A DNA stretch of 63,906 nt, the filler included, from Octopus bimaculoides (Eukaryota), in assembly GCF_001194135.2 (NCBI RefSeq). It is 5 parts of 5 records of this genome, joined end to end, with 100 filler letters (N's around TTAATTAATTAA, not from the genome) between each part and the next. Parts side by side here need not be neighbours in the genome. Positions count along the whole stretch, not along the records: positions 1 to 26,964 come from NC_068985.1; 4 more parts are not named here. One strand, written 5' to 3'. Every line of letters starts with the position of its first letter. The first letter of the stretch is position 1. Shown here in pieces: positions 13,501 through 25,787 of the stretch. The notes below the pieces were generated by a model. The model searched no databases, was not told the DNA's origin, and saw nothing but the letters and a program-made list of their open reading frames with translations. Made by a program: the position numbers and the translations under genes.

Positions 13501-15343
13501 GATTAAAGATATATATATATATANNNNNNNNNNNNNNNNNNNNNNNNNNNNNNNNNNNNNNNNNNNNNNNNNNNNNNNNNNNNNNNNNNNNNNNNNNNNN
13601 NNNNNNNNNNNNNNNNNNNNNNNNNNNNNNNNNNNNNNNNNNNNNNNNNNNNNNNTATATATATGTATGTATATATGTATATATATAACGAATGGTTTAC
13701 ACCTGGTGGCTTACTGGTAAAGCACGGTCAATTTCAGAGTGATTGTTAGGTATATAGCAAATTCTAGTATATTCCATCTTCTTACATTTCCTATATATAT
13801 ATATATATATAAAGACTATATAGTATCGCATGTAAGTGTATATATATACAACTGCATGTGTTGAACACAATGACGGTGAGTTTCCTCCGACTGCATCATG
13901 GTCTTCCGTCTTGTATAAATTAATGTTTTTTGTCGGTAAAAATATGATATTGTGTGTATTAATAAAATATAATTTTTTGTGCCTGTTACAAAAAAATGTG
14001 ATATTGTTCGTATTATAAAATGGTGCCATACATTTTAGAAACGAAAATTGAATGAGTGACATAAATAGAAATAGAATTTAATATATCGTTTGGAAATCTT
14101 ATTATCGAGAATTGATAGAGCAAGAAAATTTGATTTCTGTCTGATATGAAAAAATGTGGCGTCTTTAAACACATATCCTTGTTTTAGGGCAATGGGAAAT
14201 TGTGCGTTCTTTACAAACGGTTTCCTCGAAAGAAATCAATCTTCTTTTATAATAACTCTAATACTATTTTAAAGAAAAAAATTAGGAAGTTTTATTTTAA
14301 AGAACATCCTTAACATCAATCAAGTTAAAAGTATCAGATAAATGAAATTTTATTAAATCATTTCACAGGAAATCTTGTAAGAAGAGTTATTGTTGCACAG
14401 TTGTTGCACTACGCCATTAAATTTTCATTTCTCTATTTATTCGTTTATTTGTACCATCTTCATAATTTTAACACATAAAAAAATGAAGTTTCAAAAAGTC
14501 ATATTTCAAGTAAGACAATATACAATTAATTTTTAAACAAAGTACGCAGCTAAGATATTAATAAAAATAATAACGATATTTGGCAAGAAACATTTTTTTT
14601 GTAGCATACCTGTTTTATAAGCAGTTTATGAATCGATATCGAACAAGTTTAATGCCCTATATGAACAGCAATATATTCTTTGTATGCTCGCAATTGGATA
14701 TCAACACAAGACAAGTCATCAACAATATACGAAGGGGAAATATGATATCAGTCTCCAGGACGTAACAGGGTTTTACTGAAGCATACTTATAAGAGAAATT
14801 GTGAAATTAATAAAACAATGAAATGTCACAAAATATACAATTCTCCAGCATAGAGAAGACATGCATAAATATAAATCCTCCTATCATTTTATCCTGACCC
14901 CTAGCTAACACACTCTCTCTCATTTCATTTCGTTCCTTCTTCCTTCATTTCTTTTTTGTCTCTCTCCCTTTTCGTTTTTTCTTCTTCCTCCAATTCTCTT
15001 CCTGTTTTTGATTTGTCCTATCTCCTCTTTCTAATCAGACACATCTCTCCTCCTTCCGTCTATCCATTAATATTACAAGCACATTCCCAAATATTAATTC
15101 ACACCAAACCCCACCCTCGATCGGACAACACTCTATGCTTGTAATGACCAAATATAACTACCATTGGAACTCACACACAAGGTACAGGAAACTTCTTCAC
15201 AACATATATACACCTTCTACTTGAATAATGGAACTGCAAATTCAATATCCTTATGTATCTCACTTCTATTTTCATTCTCTTACTTCGCTCTGTATTTCAT
15301 ATTTTCTCTGTAATAATTAATACTCAAACATTTTCTCGGACCG

Positions 15344-15389
15344 TCTCTGATGAAGAGATATATAAAATATCCCAGAAACAGCTGTAAGA
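15344..15389 (+). ncRNA. Minimal type I hammerhead ribozyme motif, probably in a Penelope-like terminal repeat
   Basis: tct-CTGATGA-a-gagatat(ataaa)atatccc-a-GAAA-cagctg-TA-aga: GUA cleavage triplet, palindromic stem III, stem II with one mismatch. Confidence 0.65.
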
Positions 15390-15531
15390 ACTTTTTCATA
15401 TAAATGCGCTTAAAACTATTTACAGCCTGGGAATTTTTATCTATATATATATTTTTTTATCTATATATATATATATATATATATATNNNNNNNNNNNNNN
15501 NNNNNNNNNNNNNNNNNNNNNNNNNNNNNNN

Positions 15532-15568
<37 letters not shown>

Positions 15569-16974
15569 AGAGGGGGGAGAGAGAGAGATAGCAGAATAAT
15601 TAGCACGTCGGGAAGAGGTACTTCGTCCGTTTTTACGTTTTGAGATGAATTCTACTTTGAAAGACTTTGGCTCTCATCCTGGAGTCGATGTAGCTCCTCT
15701 CATGAAGTTGCTTGCCTTCTATCAAACTTTGAAACCAAAGGAATGCAGCTTTTGTCCCACACACAAGCTTTCTCCTCTCTCTGCTTTTTTTTAATCCCAC
15801 AGCTATAATAGTTTTGCAGCACGAAGTTAGAACGTCTCATGTGGGCTCAACTCAGGTACACTTACCTTGCTTACCACTCCCCATCTCATCGCCTTTGCTG
15901 GGTCCAAAGTTCAGGCATCATCCTTATCACTACGCTCCGTCCTTCAGTGTCACAACGTTGGTATTATGAAAATCTAAATATCCGGAAGTGGTACGTTTAC
16001 AAAGAAACAACGAACATTACCGACACCCATCCAGGGGTGCCAACCGAGACACGATCACTACATCTTCTTTCAGACAAAGAATGTCAAATATGTAACGCAG
16101 CCTAAATAAAAGCACATAAATTTAGAAAATACATAAATTAGCACAAAATGTTAACTAGATTTAACATAACCAATAAACGATTAAAATTTTTAAAATGAAA
16201 TTTAAGAACGTAAAAAATGATTATTGAATAAGAGGTTTAAAATGCATAGAATTAGCAAAAATATTTTTTCCAAAACTAATAATATTGTTGAGGAATATTT
16301 CAAAGAAAATAGTTTCCAGAAAGTATCATAGCAGCTAATCTGGAATTTGCAGTAGACAATTTCGAAATTGAATTGGCCAGGCATTAACAATATCCAAAAT
16401 TATTTGGCTGTTTCTAATTTCATGAGCGGCACTTTTAGACAAAGTTTACATTGCCCATCCGTCTAAGCAACTCGGTCAGTGTACTAATAGAATTCTCTGA
16501 TGACAGAACAGCAAATAATGCCCGGAAAAGACTGAGAAGTGACGCATTTCATCACTATAACAATCTAGTCTAGCAGTTATTTATAAAATACTTTCCAAAA
16601 TGCTATCCAGCCTGCTAAGTGCATATTTTCAGTCAATATCTCTCTACAAGCTATAGAGTTGAAAAGCTGTTACCGAAGCACTAAACAAGTCGGTAATCAT
16701 CTCACTGTAAACAATATTTTGCAAGTAGCACACTAAGAAACAAAGTGGTGCTCATATGAAACCTTCTTGTCAGAAGAGGGCAATGCGAAGTAACTATAGA
16801 AAATTAACACACGACCAGGCTACAATTACCATCTATTTTTTTCGACAAAATTATCAATCCTGTACTAATTGTAATTACAGCAGTGTTAAACGCCTAAAGC
16901 ATTTTGCAAGTAGCAAGCTAAGAAACAAAGCAACTATACAGGTGAATTAAAATAGCAAGGCAAATGCGAAATAT

Positions 16975-17200
16975 GGGGTTGACTTTGCCTTTCATCCTTT
17001 CGGAGTCGATAAACTCAGTACCAGTCAAGTACTGGGGTCGATGTGATCGACTGTCCCTCTCCCCACAAATTCCAGGCCTTGGGCCCATAGTAGAAAGGAT
17101 TATTTATAGCTATTCTGCCAAGATCGACTTTACTTTTCACCACGTTCGGAGTCGATAAAAGAAGTACGAGTTTTGCAGTGGGATCGATAAAATTGACTAG
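16975..17200 (+). mobile_element. SINE family B 3' portions, two tandem copies
   Basis: gactttgcctttcatcctttcggagtcgataaa...agtaccag...ctggggtcgatgtgatcgac...tagtagaaaggattatt, with a second partial unit at ~17125-17200. Confidence 0.75.
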
Positions 17201-17221
17201 ACATTCCTAAATAAACCTTAT

Positions 17222-17395
17222 TCAGAGACCTTTTGCGAGGGTTGGGCTACTCAACCTGAAGATGTGATGCATGTGCCTGGTGTACCCTTATCAGACAGGT
17301 AGTCATGATGGGTATAATGGGCTTCGTATATTTTACCCCAGTGTCACTTTGATGGCATGCACTGCTCTCTCAATCAATAATAATAATGATAATGA
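17222..17395 (+). mobile_element. Retroposon 3' end with (AAT)n tail
   Basis: GC-richer segment ending ...gatggcatgcactgctctctcaatc, directly followed by an AAT/GAT tail; family assignment from recall only. Confidence 0.5.
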
Positions 17396-17404
17396 TAAAA
17401 ATGA

Positions 17405-17700
17405 TAACAATCCTTTCTACCATAGGCACAAGGAGAGGGGGACAGTCGATTAGATCGACCTAGTACGCAACTGGTACTTAATTTATGGTACTGAAATGAT
17501 GAAAGGTAAAGTCGATCTCGGCGGAATTTGAACTTAGATCGTAGCGAATATTTCTTCAGTGGACACAAGGGCTGAAATTTTGAGGATTGGGTGTTTGTCG
17601 ATTGCATTAACCTCCGTGCCTATGTGGTACATATTTCATCGACCCCGGAGGTATAAGAGGCAACGTCGACCTGTGACAGAATTTGAACTCAAAACGTCAG
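17405..17700 (-). mobile_element. SINE family B, two tandem copies inverted relative to 16975-17200
   Basis: The reverse complement of 17405-17533 aligns by eye with 16975-17105; second unit at ~17560-17700. Confidence 0.75.
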
Positions 17701-18503
17701 TTCAAATTCTCTCGAAAATAATTGTAATAGAAAGGTATTGACATACAGCAATGATGCTAATCCTATTAAACTTGACTTGATAGCTTTTTTCATATATTCT
17801 CGTATTTTTGTACAGAATTTTATCACAAATTGGATTGTACCGTTTAAATACACACATTCCATTACGCTGACACACTCATGTACCCTTCCTCCGCGTATAC
17901 AAATATGTATGTGTGTGCATTTGTACGAATGTATATGTATTTACATCTATATATATGCCTATGTATGCACATGCACGTACGCATGCGTACATGCATGTAG
18001 ATATTTCTTGTTCCCTCTGTCCAAACAATTTCTGTCTTTACTTTTCTTATTCCCTTCTCTCCACAACGTGTACACTTTTTGCTATCGAATCATTTTTATA
18101 TTTGAAACTTTCTGTATTCTTTATACAACTGATTTCGATTGTTTTATTTTCATTGTGATGTCGTATATTCTATTTACTTATTTCTTCTGATGTCTTCCAC
18201 TACTGCTTCTTTAGTTTCCTTCTCTAAGTTGATATCAGTTTTTTCCATTCGTGTCTATCTACATTTCTCCTTCCCACTCTCTTTTCGCTCTGTTTTCTCC
18301 TTCTCTCTGTTTCTCTGTGTCTACCTATTTCAGTGTATGCATTTATATCTATATAGATAGATAGATCCATACATATATACATAATGCATAATTGTGTGCT
18401 TGTGAGTGTATTTATATATGCATACATAAATGAATATGTACATGAACTTTATATATATGTGAATGCACATTCAAATATAATACGCATGTTTGCATGTACA
18501 GAG

Positions 18504-18585
<82 letters not shown>

Positions 18586-18616
18586 GTATATATATACGTA
18601 TACACACACGCATACA

Positions 18617-18647
<31 letters not shown>

Positions 18648-19809
18648 TTGCATGGCAAACTGCACCTTTCAATTTATGGGTTTTCGCATGTAGGTAGATA
18701 TGTACATTTACTGCATTGCATCTATGGTATTATTGGCCAAGAGACGCTGTTGTAGCTAATATGGATCTTAGTGATATCGCTATGTCATAAATTTCTAATA
18801 AAAGATGTTAGACAGTAAATATGAAAATGGCGAGCCATCCTGGTTTAGTAGGGCTTTCTAGTTATTTTTTTTTCTTTTTTGTGTGTGACAGCTCATTTAG
18901 TTAACAACTATACTAAGTTATCTGACTAAATATATACCAGGATATTTGCATATATGGTTTAAACAATACGCAACTTCCACATATTTAAGCATATATAATG
19001 ATGTACAGATGTGCGAACGTACGTATATGATATTGCTTTGTGTTTCTTATATGTCTTGTAAGTGACCACTGTAAACTGCTGTACCGAAGAGCAATGACTC
19101 AAGATCGTTTCATGAAGATCTTGTATAATTTTTAGTGGTCGGCTGGTGGTTGGATCGTCGTCATCAAACGAGTCCTTATGTTTCTTCAGTATAAAACCAA
19201 GCACATTGACTCCCATTAAGTAAACTTGATTTTTAAATTTCTGACTTGTTCCAGTCAGGAATATCAGTTTAGGAATATCAGTTTGCTTGTTTAGAGTTTC
19301 TCGTATATCTGGCAGATTAAATCTTGTATCATCGATACGCTTTGGTATGTTGACCCCACTCGTACGAAATTAAAGAATTCGTAGATACGATACGTGGGAC
19401 CGTATAATTCTTTCCAGGGATGAGAATGTTAGCCATCTGACGTCCCGTGGCAGATCAAGTGTATGTAATGTCCTTCCTTCTAGATCGCATGATTCATCGC
19501 GTTCAGAGAGTGGAAAGGCTTGGAATTCGATATCGTGACTCTAAGAGACATATGGCAGTTCGCAGTGATGACATCTCACATAGTAATCTGAAAGTCCAGT
19601 GGAGTTTACAACTCTCGTCTGTCACCGAAGCTTCAAACCATGCACGTCTTCAGTAGGACTAAATAATCTTCTGAGAACTAATTGTCGAAATGCCAGATAT
19701 GCCATTGATAATGAGGAGGCTCAAAGTGACTACAATCATGGACGAATATGGAGCGGTTTAACAGATTACATTAACCCCATTGCTCAACTGCCACTTATTT
19801 TATAGACTC

Positions 19810-20285
19810 ATAAAGGAGGAGAAACAAAGTCTACTTCGATAGGATTTGAAATCAGAAAGTAAAAACAGACGAAATGCCGCTAAGCATTTTATCCGACGTG
19901 TTAACGATTCTGTCGGCTCGCCCCTTATCTTAAGTATAAATATTGGTTTCAAAATATGGCATAAGGCCAGCAACTTTAGGGAAGGAGTAAGTGTGTTACA
20001 CCAACCCCAGTTTTAAACTGGTACTCGTTTTATTCACTCCAAAAGGATGAAAGTTAAAGTCGACCTCGGCGAGATTTCAACTCAGAAAGTAAAGTTCAAG
20101 GCCGCTGAACATTTTTTCCGGAGCACTAACGATTCTACCAGCTCGACGACTTCTTTAATGGTTTCAAATATTGGCATAAAGTCAACAGTTTCAGGGAAAA
20201 GGTTAATCGATTACAACGGCCCGATGCTCAATTGCTACTTATTTTATCAACCACGAAAGGATGAAAGGCAAAGTCCTTGTCCTCA
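19810..20285 (-). mobile_element. SINE family B, three head-to-tail copies
   Basis: Recurrent ggatgaaag(g/t)(c/t)aaagtc, ctggtact and gccgct(a/g)a motifs at ~19810-19925, 19945-20150 and 20155-20285. Confidence 0.7.
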
Positions 20286-20543
20286 AGAAGTGCTTAACTA
20301 AATCATATGTAAGTTTGAAGCAAGGAATCTGTGCTCTTCTGACTAAGGTGTTGCTAGGCTTGTAAAATATATGTTTATAATAGTCTTCAAAGTGAGAGAT
20401 TTCCGGGACTTTCAATGTTACAACGACCGGCATTTCTTATATATTTGGAAATTACTTAATTTTCCTGACACTTAAACTTTTTCATTGGAATGTGATGTAA
20501 ACCGTAAATCTGATAATAACCCGTTTAAATTATCGTCTAATAG

Positions 20544-20690
20544 GCGTTACTTAGTGGTTCGGCAAAAGAGACCGATAGAATGAGTACTAGGCTTACAAAG
20601 AATAATTCCTGGGGTCGATTTGCTCGACTAAAGGCGGTGTTCCAGCATGGCCGCAGTCAAATGACTGAAACAAGTAAAAGAATAAAAGAA
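20544..20690 (+). mobile_element. SINE family A 3' half, little diverged
   Basis: ttcggcaaaagagaccgatagaatgagtactaggcttacaaag...ggggtcgatttgctcgactaaaggcggtgttccagcatggccgcagtcaaatgactgaaacaagtaaaagaataaaag. Confidence 0.9.
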
Positions 20691-21074
20691 TAATATACTT
20701 TATTATGATACGTGGATATTTCGCGGAAACGTTTTGTATTGTCACTAAATCTAGGTTAATTTTCCTAATGTAATTTCAGTTCTTTGTTGTTTTCTAGTCT
20801 TTATTCTTCTCTTTCTGTTCATTTTTTCGACACAGTATACAACATCGGGAATTAATTTCTACATTATACAAAACACTGTTTCTGACGATTGTAAAAAATA
20901 TTCTAACATTGTGAGAGAAAGTAAAAATAAAAATAAGTCATCGGAAACTTCGCTCGTACAATTTATATGTCTCTTGAACATATTCAAATCCAGCTTGTCA
21001 AATTGCTTGTACAAAAATAATGAAGGATTCTGTACAATTATGTCCAGTTTCAAATACTTCTATAAAGCTAAATC

Positions 21075-21130
21075 GTACCCCAAAAGAACTTGTCACAGTA
21101 CCCCAAAAGAACTTGTCACAGTACCCCAAA
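21075..21130. repeat. 23-bp tandem duplication (2.4 copies)
   Basis: gtaccccaaaagaacttgtcaca x2 plus gtaccccaaa. Confidence 0.9.
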
Positions 21131-21429
21131 GGAGCACTCTACACTCCTCCAATCGACACTCAAATAAGAACACAATGCTCCACACACTACAGGTTCACAG
21201 TGGCACATCATGTGATGCAGCAGACACTCGCATGAAATTACTAAAATTATAATGATGATGATGTGATTATAATAAAAATGATGATTTCTTTTGTTTTCCC
21301 AGGGGCATATTGAAAGGAGACATTACAAAGACAGTCAACAATTAGCGTAAGGTTTCACGTTTTTAGGAGCAGCAAGAAATGGAGAGGACGATGAAATGTG
21401 ATAAAAGTAGACACAATACAACTTGAATG

Positions 21430-21660
21430 ATGCAATCTTCCGTTGCACTTCCAGTTCGAAATAAACTCTGCCGGGCGCGGAGGCGCTGATTGGCGAAATT
21501 TCGTAATGCAAGCAGAACAACGAAACAGTTCTGCATGTACTTGGGCAGTTTTCGGAGTATTGTTGAATTGTGGAGTTCTGTTGAACAGCTGTTATCGCGA
21601 AAGGGCTGAATCCGAGTATCGCACCGATTTATTATGAGGATCGCCCCACCCCCAACCTCT
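21430..21660. promoter_or_regulatory. CpG-rich promoter-like island
   Basis: Locally high CpG; minus-strand CGCCAATCAGCGC (21483-21495, NF-Y-type CCAAT box), GC box ccgggcgcgg, two GGAAG ETS-like cores (21436-21454), GCCCCACCCC (21643-21652). Confidence 0.4.
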
Positions 21661-24600
21661 AGCAAGGCAGGATGACGGTTTTCCTCTGTCAGGTGGCTAT
21701 GGTGAATGAGGTTGCGTGGTGGATGATGTTGGAGGGATTCAGGAAAGACACCACATTCATCTTCTGTCAAGCAATTATCGACTTTTTATTGTTCTACTTT
21801 GAAAGGAAGGTGAATGTAGAAAAATATTACCTCCCAGTGAATTTGAGAAAAGATGGTCGACTGTGGTAAAATTGGTTAGAACTTACTCAAAGAATACACT
21901 TGCTAAGTGGAAACAAATTAGGCGTGGGGTCGTGTCTTTGTTGGTCAATGTAATTCTAGTCTATGGGGCTCCTACACTGGTTCTAATTGTAGTTTTCCTT
22001 GTATCAGCATGACTGCATTATTCATGCTATCACATAGTAGTAAAAATTGCTTCTAATTTTAACCTAATATCATCAGTTTTGTAGGGGACGGTTTAGTCAA
22101 TACCATTGACCCCTGTCTTAGGTTCATGTTTTATCTTATAGATCCTAAAAGAATTAAAGTCTAGGATTAATCATAATGCTAACTGAAGATCCTGTAAGAT
22201 AGAAAGCATGATGGTATATTGCTTTTCTTTTTATCCTTGTCTCATGTCTATGGTCTTATAAGGGGACAGAGACATTTTGTCATGTGTCTCTCACACGAGT
22301 TCGCATCAGGAATGTTGCAAAGCAAATAAAAAAAAGGGATTATACATTAATTAATAAAAATAAACAAAATATCATCTGCGAAAGTTAGGTAGAAGAATGC
22401 TAAGCCGGTGTATGTCACGATGTGTCTTCCAAAGAGTTAGGAAGGGAAATGAAAATGTGTATCAAATACTTAAGCCAGAAGAAGAGGTGAAAAGGTAGAC
22501 GAGAAAACATATTGATGTCGCTATAAAGTTAAAGAAACATTATAAAGTTAAAGAAATATTTTTGGAACAATATGGATATGTGTCGTATGCGGAATTAAAA
22601 TGTAAGCTGTCATCATGGAGTATGTGCAAAGAGAGGCAGCTCGTCACGTCATAAGTGGGAAATACATTTTTGAGTCGCAGAGTTACAGGAAGTCCGCTAG
22701 TTGTCTAAACTATATAGTTTGATAACAATTTAAGCAACAATTCATATTATATTACAGATCTAGTCAAGATATTCAGGGACTTTTCTTTCTTAATATGTTT
22801 TAATCGATTTTAAATCCACTGGATTTTTAAAAAATCCCATTATACGAGTAAGTGAGGGGGCTGACAGGAAATCATTCTTCGAAGATATGAAGTTTGAACT
22901 TAAACATCAGATGTTGAACGATAAGTATGAGAATAAAGTATTTATCTTGTGTTTCTGATCGAGTATATTATTCGTCGCTGTAAATGTATTCTCAAAGTAG
23001 CATACAAAATTATATCTAAAGATAAAAGATAATATATTTAAAATAAATCATTCAGCTTGATAGATTAATATTATAGTATACATCAGATTATATCTTATTA
23101 CATTAGATTAGATTTTATTACATTATAAACAATAACATTGACATCAACCTAATCTTTAAACATGAACATACAATGCATAACTATCGACATATTTAAATCC
23201 CGAAACATTATTTGTCCACAGGTCTGATATAGAAAACAAGTGAATGGTCATTTCCTGAAAGGTCACTTTATAAATAGTAAAATGAGAACCAAAGATATAT
23301 CGTATAATCAATGGAATTACAAGTATAGCTTGGAAATGTTAAATACATATGTTAATCTTAGTGTTTAAAATCAGCAGCGTTTCTGTCAAGGCTACAGTAT
23401 ACCAAAATATATTTGTTTATACGCACCTATAATAAATAATGGTACTTTACAAACATTTTATATTTCAAATTATTGCTGCAGATCAAGAGATACAGCTTTC
23501 TCTCGCCACCTATACAGGTCATCAACCAACTTCTTTTTTACATTATTTCTCCATGATCCTTTGTTAACAACTACTCTTTTCAGGATCTTCTATCTTACGG
23601 AGGGGTTTGCCCATGTATTACCGTACTAATGAAAGATACAGTATCAACATGTCGGTTTGTCAGTTTATATATCCGAACCACTTATAACTTTAACCACTTC
23701 AAGTTTTATTGGCATTTTATAGAAGTAATATTATTTAATTTTTAAAAAAATTAAAGAATAGAAATGAACTATTAAATAATCTGCTGCTTCATGTGTCTGC
23801 CGAACAGATTAAACAGACTGTCTGTAAGTGGTTTTAAATTCCTATCTGATACTGTCTAAGTCATAATGGTTATAATTAAATACAACTACTCAAAGGAAAA
23901 TCATTTTTTTGAATTTTCATAATGTGGTGTATTTGTAATTTCTCAAGGGAGAACAAAATAAGCCGACTTTATGCAAATTATGCGGCATTTACACCCACCC
24001 TATGGCAACCGGTGTTTAGCGAAAACATTGAAAAATCACTTCAAATTATACAATTTCAGTTCGATACCGAGGATTTCTTGGCGAGATCTCGAGATATATC
24101 TATGTAGTTTCATAACGAAAATAAGAGTTATGCTTTGCTTGTTCACAACACGTAATACATAAGACAAAAACTATAACTGACTTGAGGCGTACATTATAGT
24201 TTTCACATGAGGAGGACATCAAAAGCACAGTCAACAATTTGTGTGGGGTCTTACATAACTGATGTTGATGAAGAAATGGCAATGATGGTGAAATGCAATA
24301 ATAGTATACCATAGTATACAAAGTATGTGGTAACATGAATGGTTCAGTGTTCCGGAGCGCTGGAGCACTGCCGGTTCGAGATAAACTGTACAGGAACGGA
24401 AGCGCTCTACTACTTATTTTCTTTTAAGTCCATCCGCTACTGCCTCTCAGTTTTTCTTTAGCTTCTTCGAGTAGCATCCAAGCGTTTCAACCAGAGTAGA
24501 TTGATGAGAATGTTTGTATCAGCAATTCGATGCATCCTGTTTTGGAAACGGAAAGGCATTTAGTGGTTCATGATAACCTTTCTCAGAGTGCAAGATAGTC

Positions 24601-24815
24601 CTTTCAAAGGAAAGAGACAGAAAGAATAATTGCTTACAGTATTTTAGTCGTTTGTTTTATATATAAAGATCGAAAAGATAACAGAAGAAATTTCACGAAT
24701 TTTTTATATGAACTTAATGCGCAGCGAAACTGAGTAACTTCAGCAAAGTATTCCATGTGAATATGTGCATGAGTGCTCGTGTCCACGTTCATATATTATA
24801 TACGCATTCTGTAAT

Positions 24816-25305
24816 TCTTTTATTCCTCTGCTTATTTAAGTTATTTGACAGCAGCCATGCTGGGGCACCGCCTTGAAGATTGTTTTTCTTTCTAGTTGAA
24901 CGTACCCACCCCAGTATTAACTTTTTAAAACTGGTGCTTAGTTTACCGGTCTTTAACCGGACCTATAGGACACGGATTTGTAAACACACCAAAACTGGCT
25001 GTTGGGGATTAGCAGTGGTTGGTCGAAACAAATACCCAAAGACACCTGCATACATACATATATACATTCATACATTCATACATTCATACATAATATTCAC
25101 ATACTATATGTACGTGTGTTTATATCTGTGTGTGTTAATATCTGAACGACGGGCTTCTTTCATTTCCGTCTACTAAATCCGCTTATAAGGTTTTGGTTGG
25201 ACCGAGGCTATCGTAGAAGGCACTTTCTACTATAGGAATTGCCACACAGTGAGAGGAAACTCTGAAATATGTGGTTGCGCAGCAAACTTCCTTCCACACA
25301 CCTTT
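24816..25305 (-). mobile_element. SINE family A, full-length diverged copy with internal microsatellite
   Basis: Tail (gccatgctggggcaccgcctt), internal CATA/TG repeats and head (gggcttctttc...ccgtctactaaatcc...gaggctatcgtagaag) are collinear with 43257-43660. Confidence 0.75.
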
Positions 25306-25306
25306 G

Positions 25307-25339
<33 letters not shown>

Positions 25340-25756
25340 NNNNNNNNNNNNNNNNNNNNNNNNNNNNNNNNNNNNNNNNNNNNNNNNNNNNNNNNNNNNN
25401 NNNNNNNNNNNNNNNNNNNNNNNNNNNNNNNNNNNNNNNNNNNNNNNNNNNNNNNNNNNNNNNNNNNNNNNNNNNNNNNNNNNNNNNNNNNNNNNNNNNN
25501 NNNNNNNNNNNNNNNNNNNNNNNNNNNNNNNNNNNNNNNNNNNNNNNNNNNNNNNNNNNNNNNNNNNNNNNNNNNNNNNNNNNNNNNNNNNNNNNNNNNN
25601 NNNNNNNNNNNNNNNNNNNNNNNNNNNNNNNNNNNNNNNNNNNNNNNNNNNNNNNNNNNNNNNNNNNNNNNNNNNNNNNNNNNNNNNNNNNNNNNNNNNN
25701 NNNNNNNNNNNNNNNNNNNNNNNNNNNNNNNNNNNNNNNNNNNNNNNNNNNNNNNN

Positions 25757-25787
<31 letters not shown>

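Noticed and set aside
14580-14765. Open + frame between a possible acceptor and donor; strong - donor CAG|GTATGC
   Set aside because: No recognisable product; all minus-strand exon phases contain stops.
15600-16100. GC-richer tract with a perfect AAG|GTAAGT donor on -
   Set aside because: All candidate exons contain stops; probably an unclassified TE relic.
16493-16540. CTGATGA...GAAA on + and an RRM-like peptide VLIEFSDDRTANNARKRL
   Set aside because: No stem II, G at the cleavage position, and the peptide is flanked by stops with no further support.
18959-19216. Peptide-like frames (RAMTQDRFMKIL piggyBac-like; AGGWIVVIKR fibrinogen-like)
   Set aside because: Short motifs pointing to incompatible families and interrupted by a stop.
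21303-21346. Plus-strand 44-nt exon candidate (GHIERRHYKDSQQL)
   Set aside because: Good acceptor, but the donor context is weak and there are no partner exons or homology.
21335-21600. Minus-strand CSAC...CNGRLHHSSC as a PHD finger of a LINE ORF1
   Set aside because: One Cys ligand is missing and the spacing is off; the promoter reading fits better, though neither is proven.
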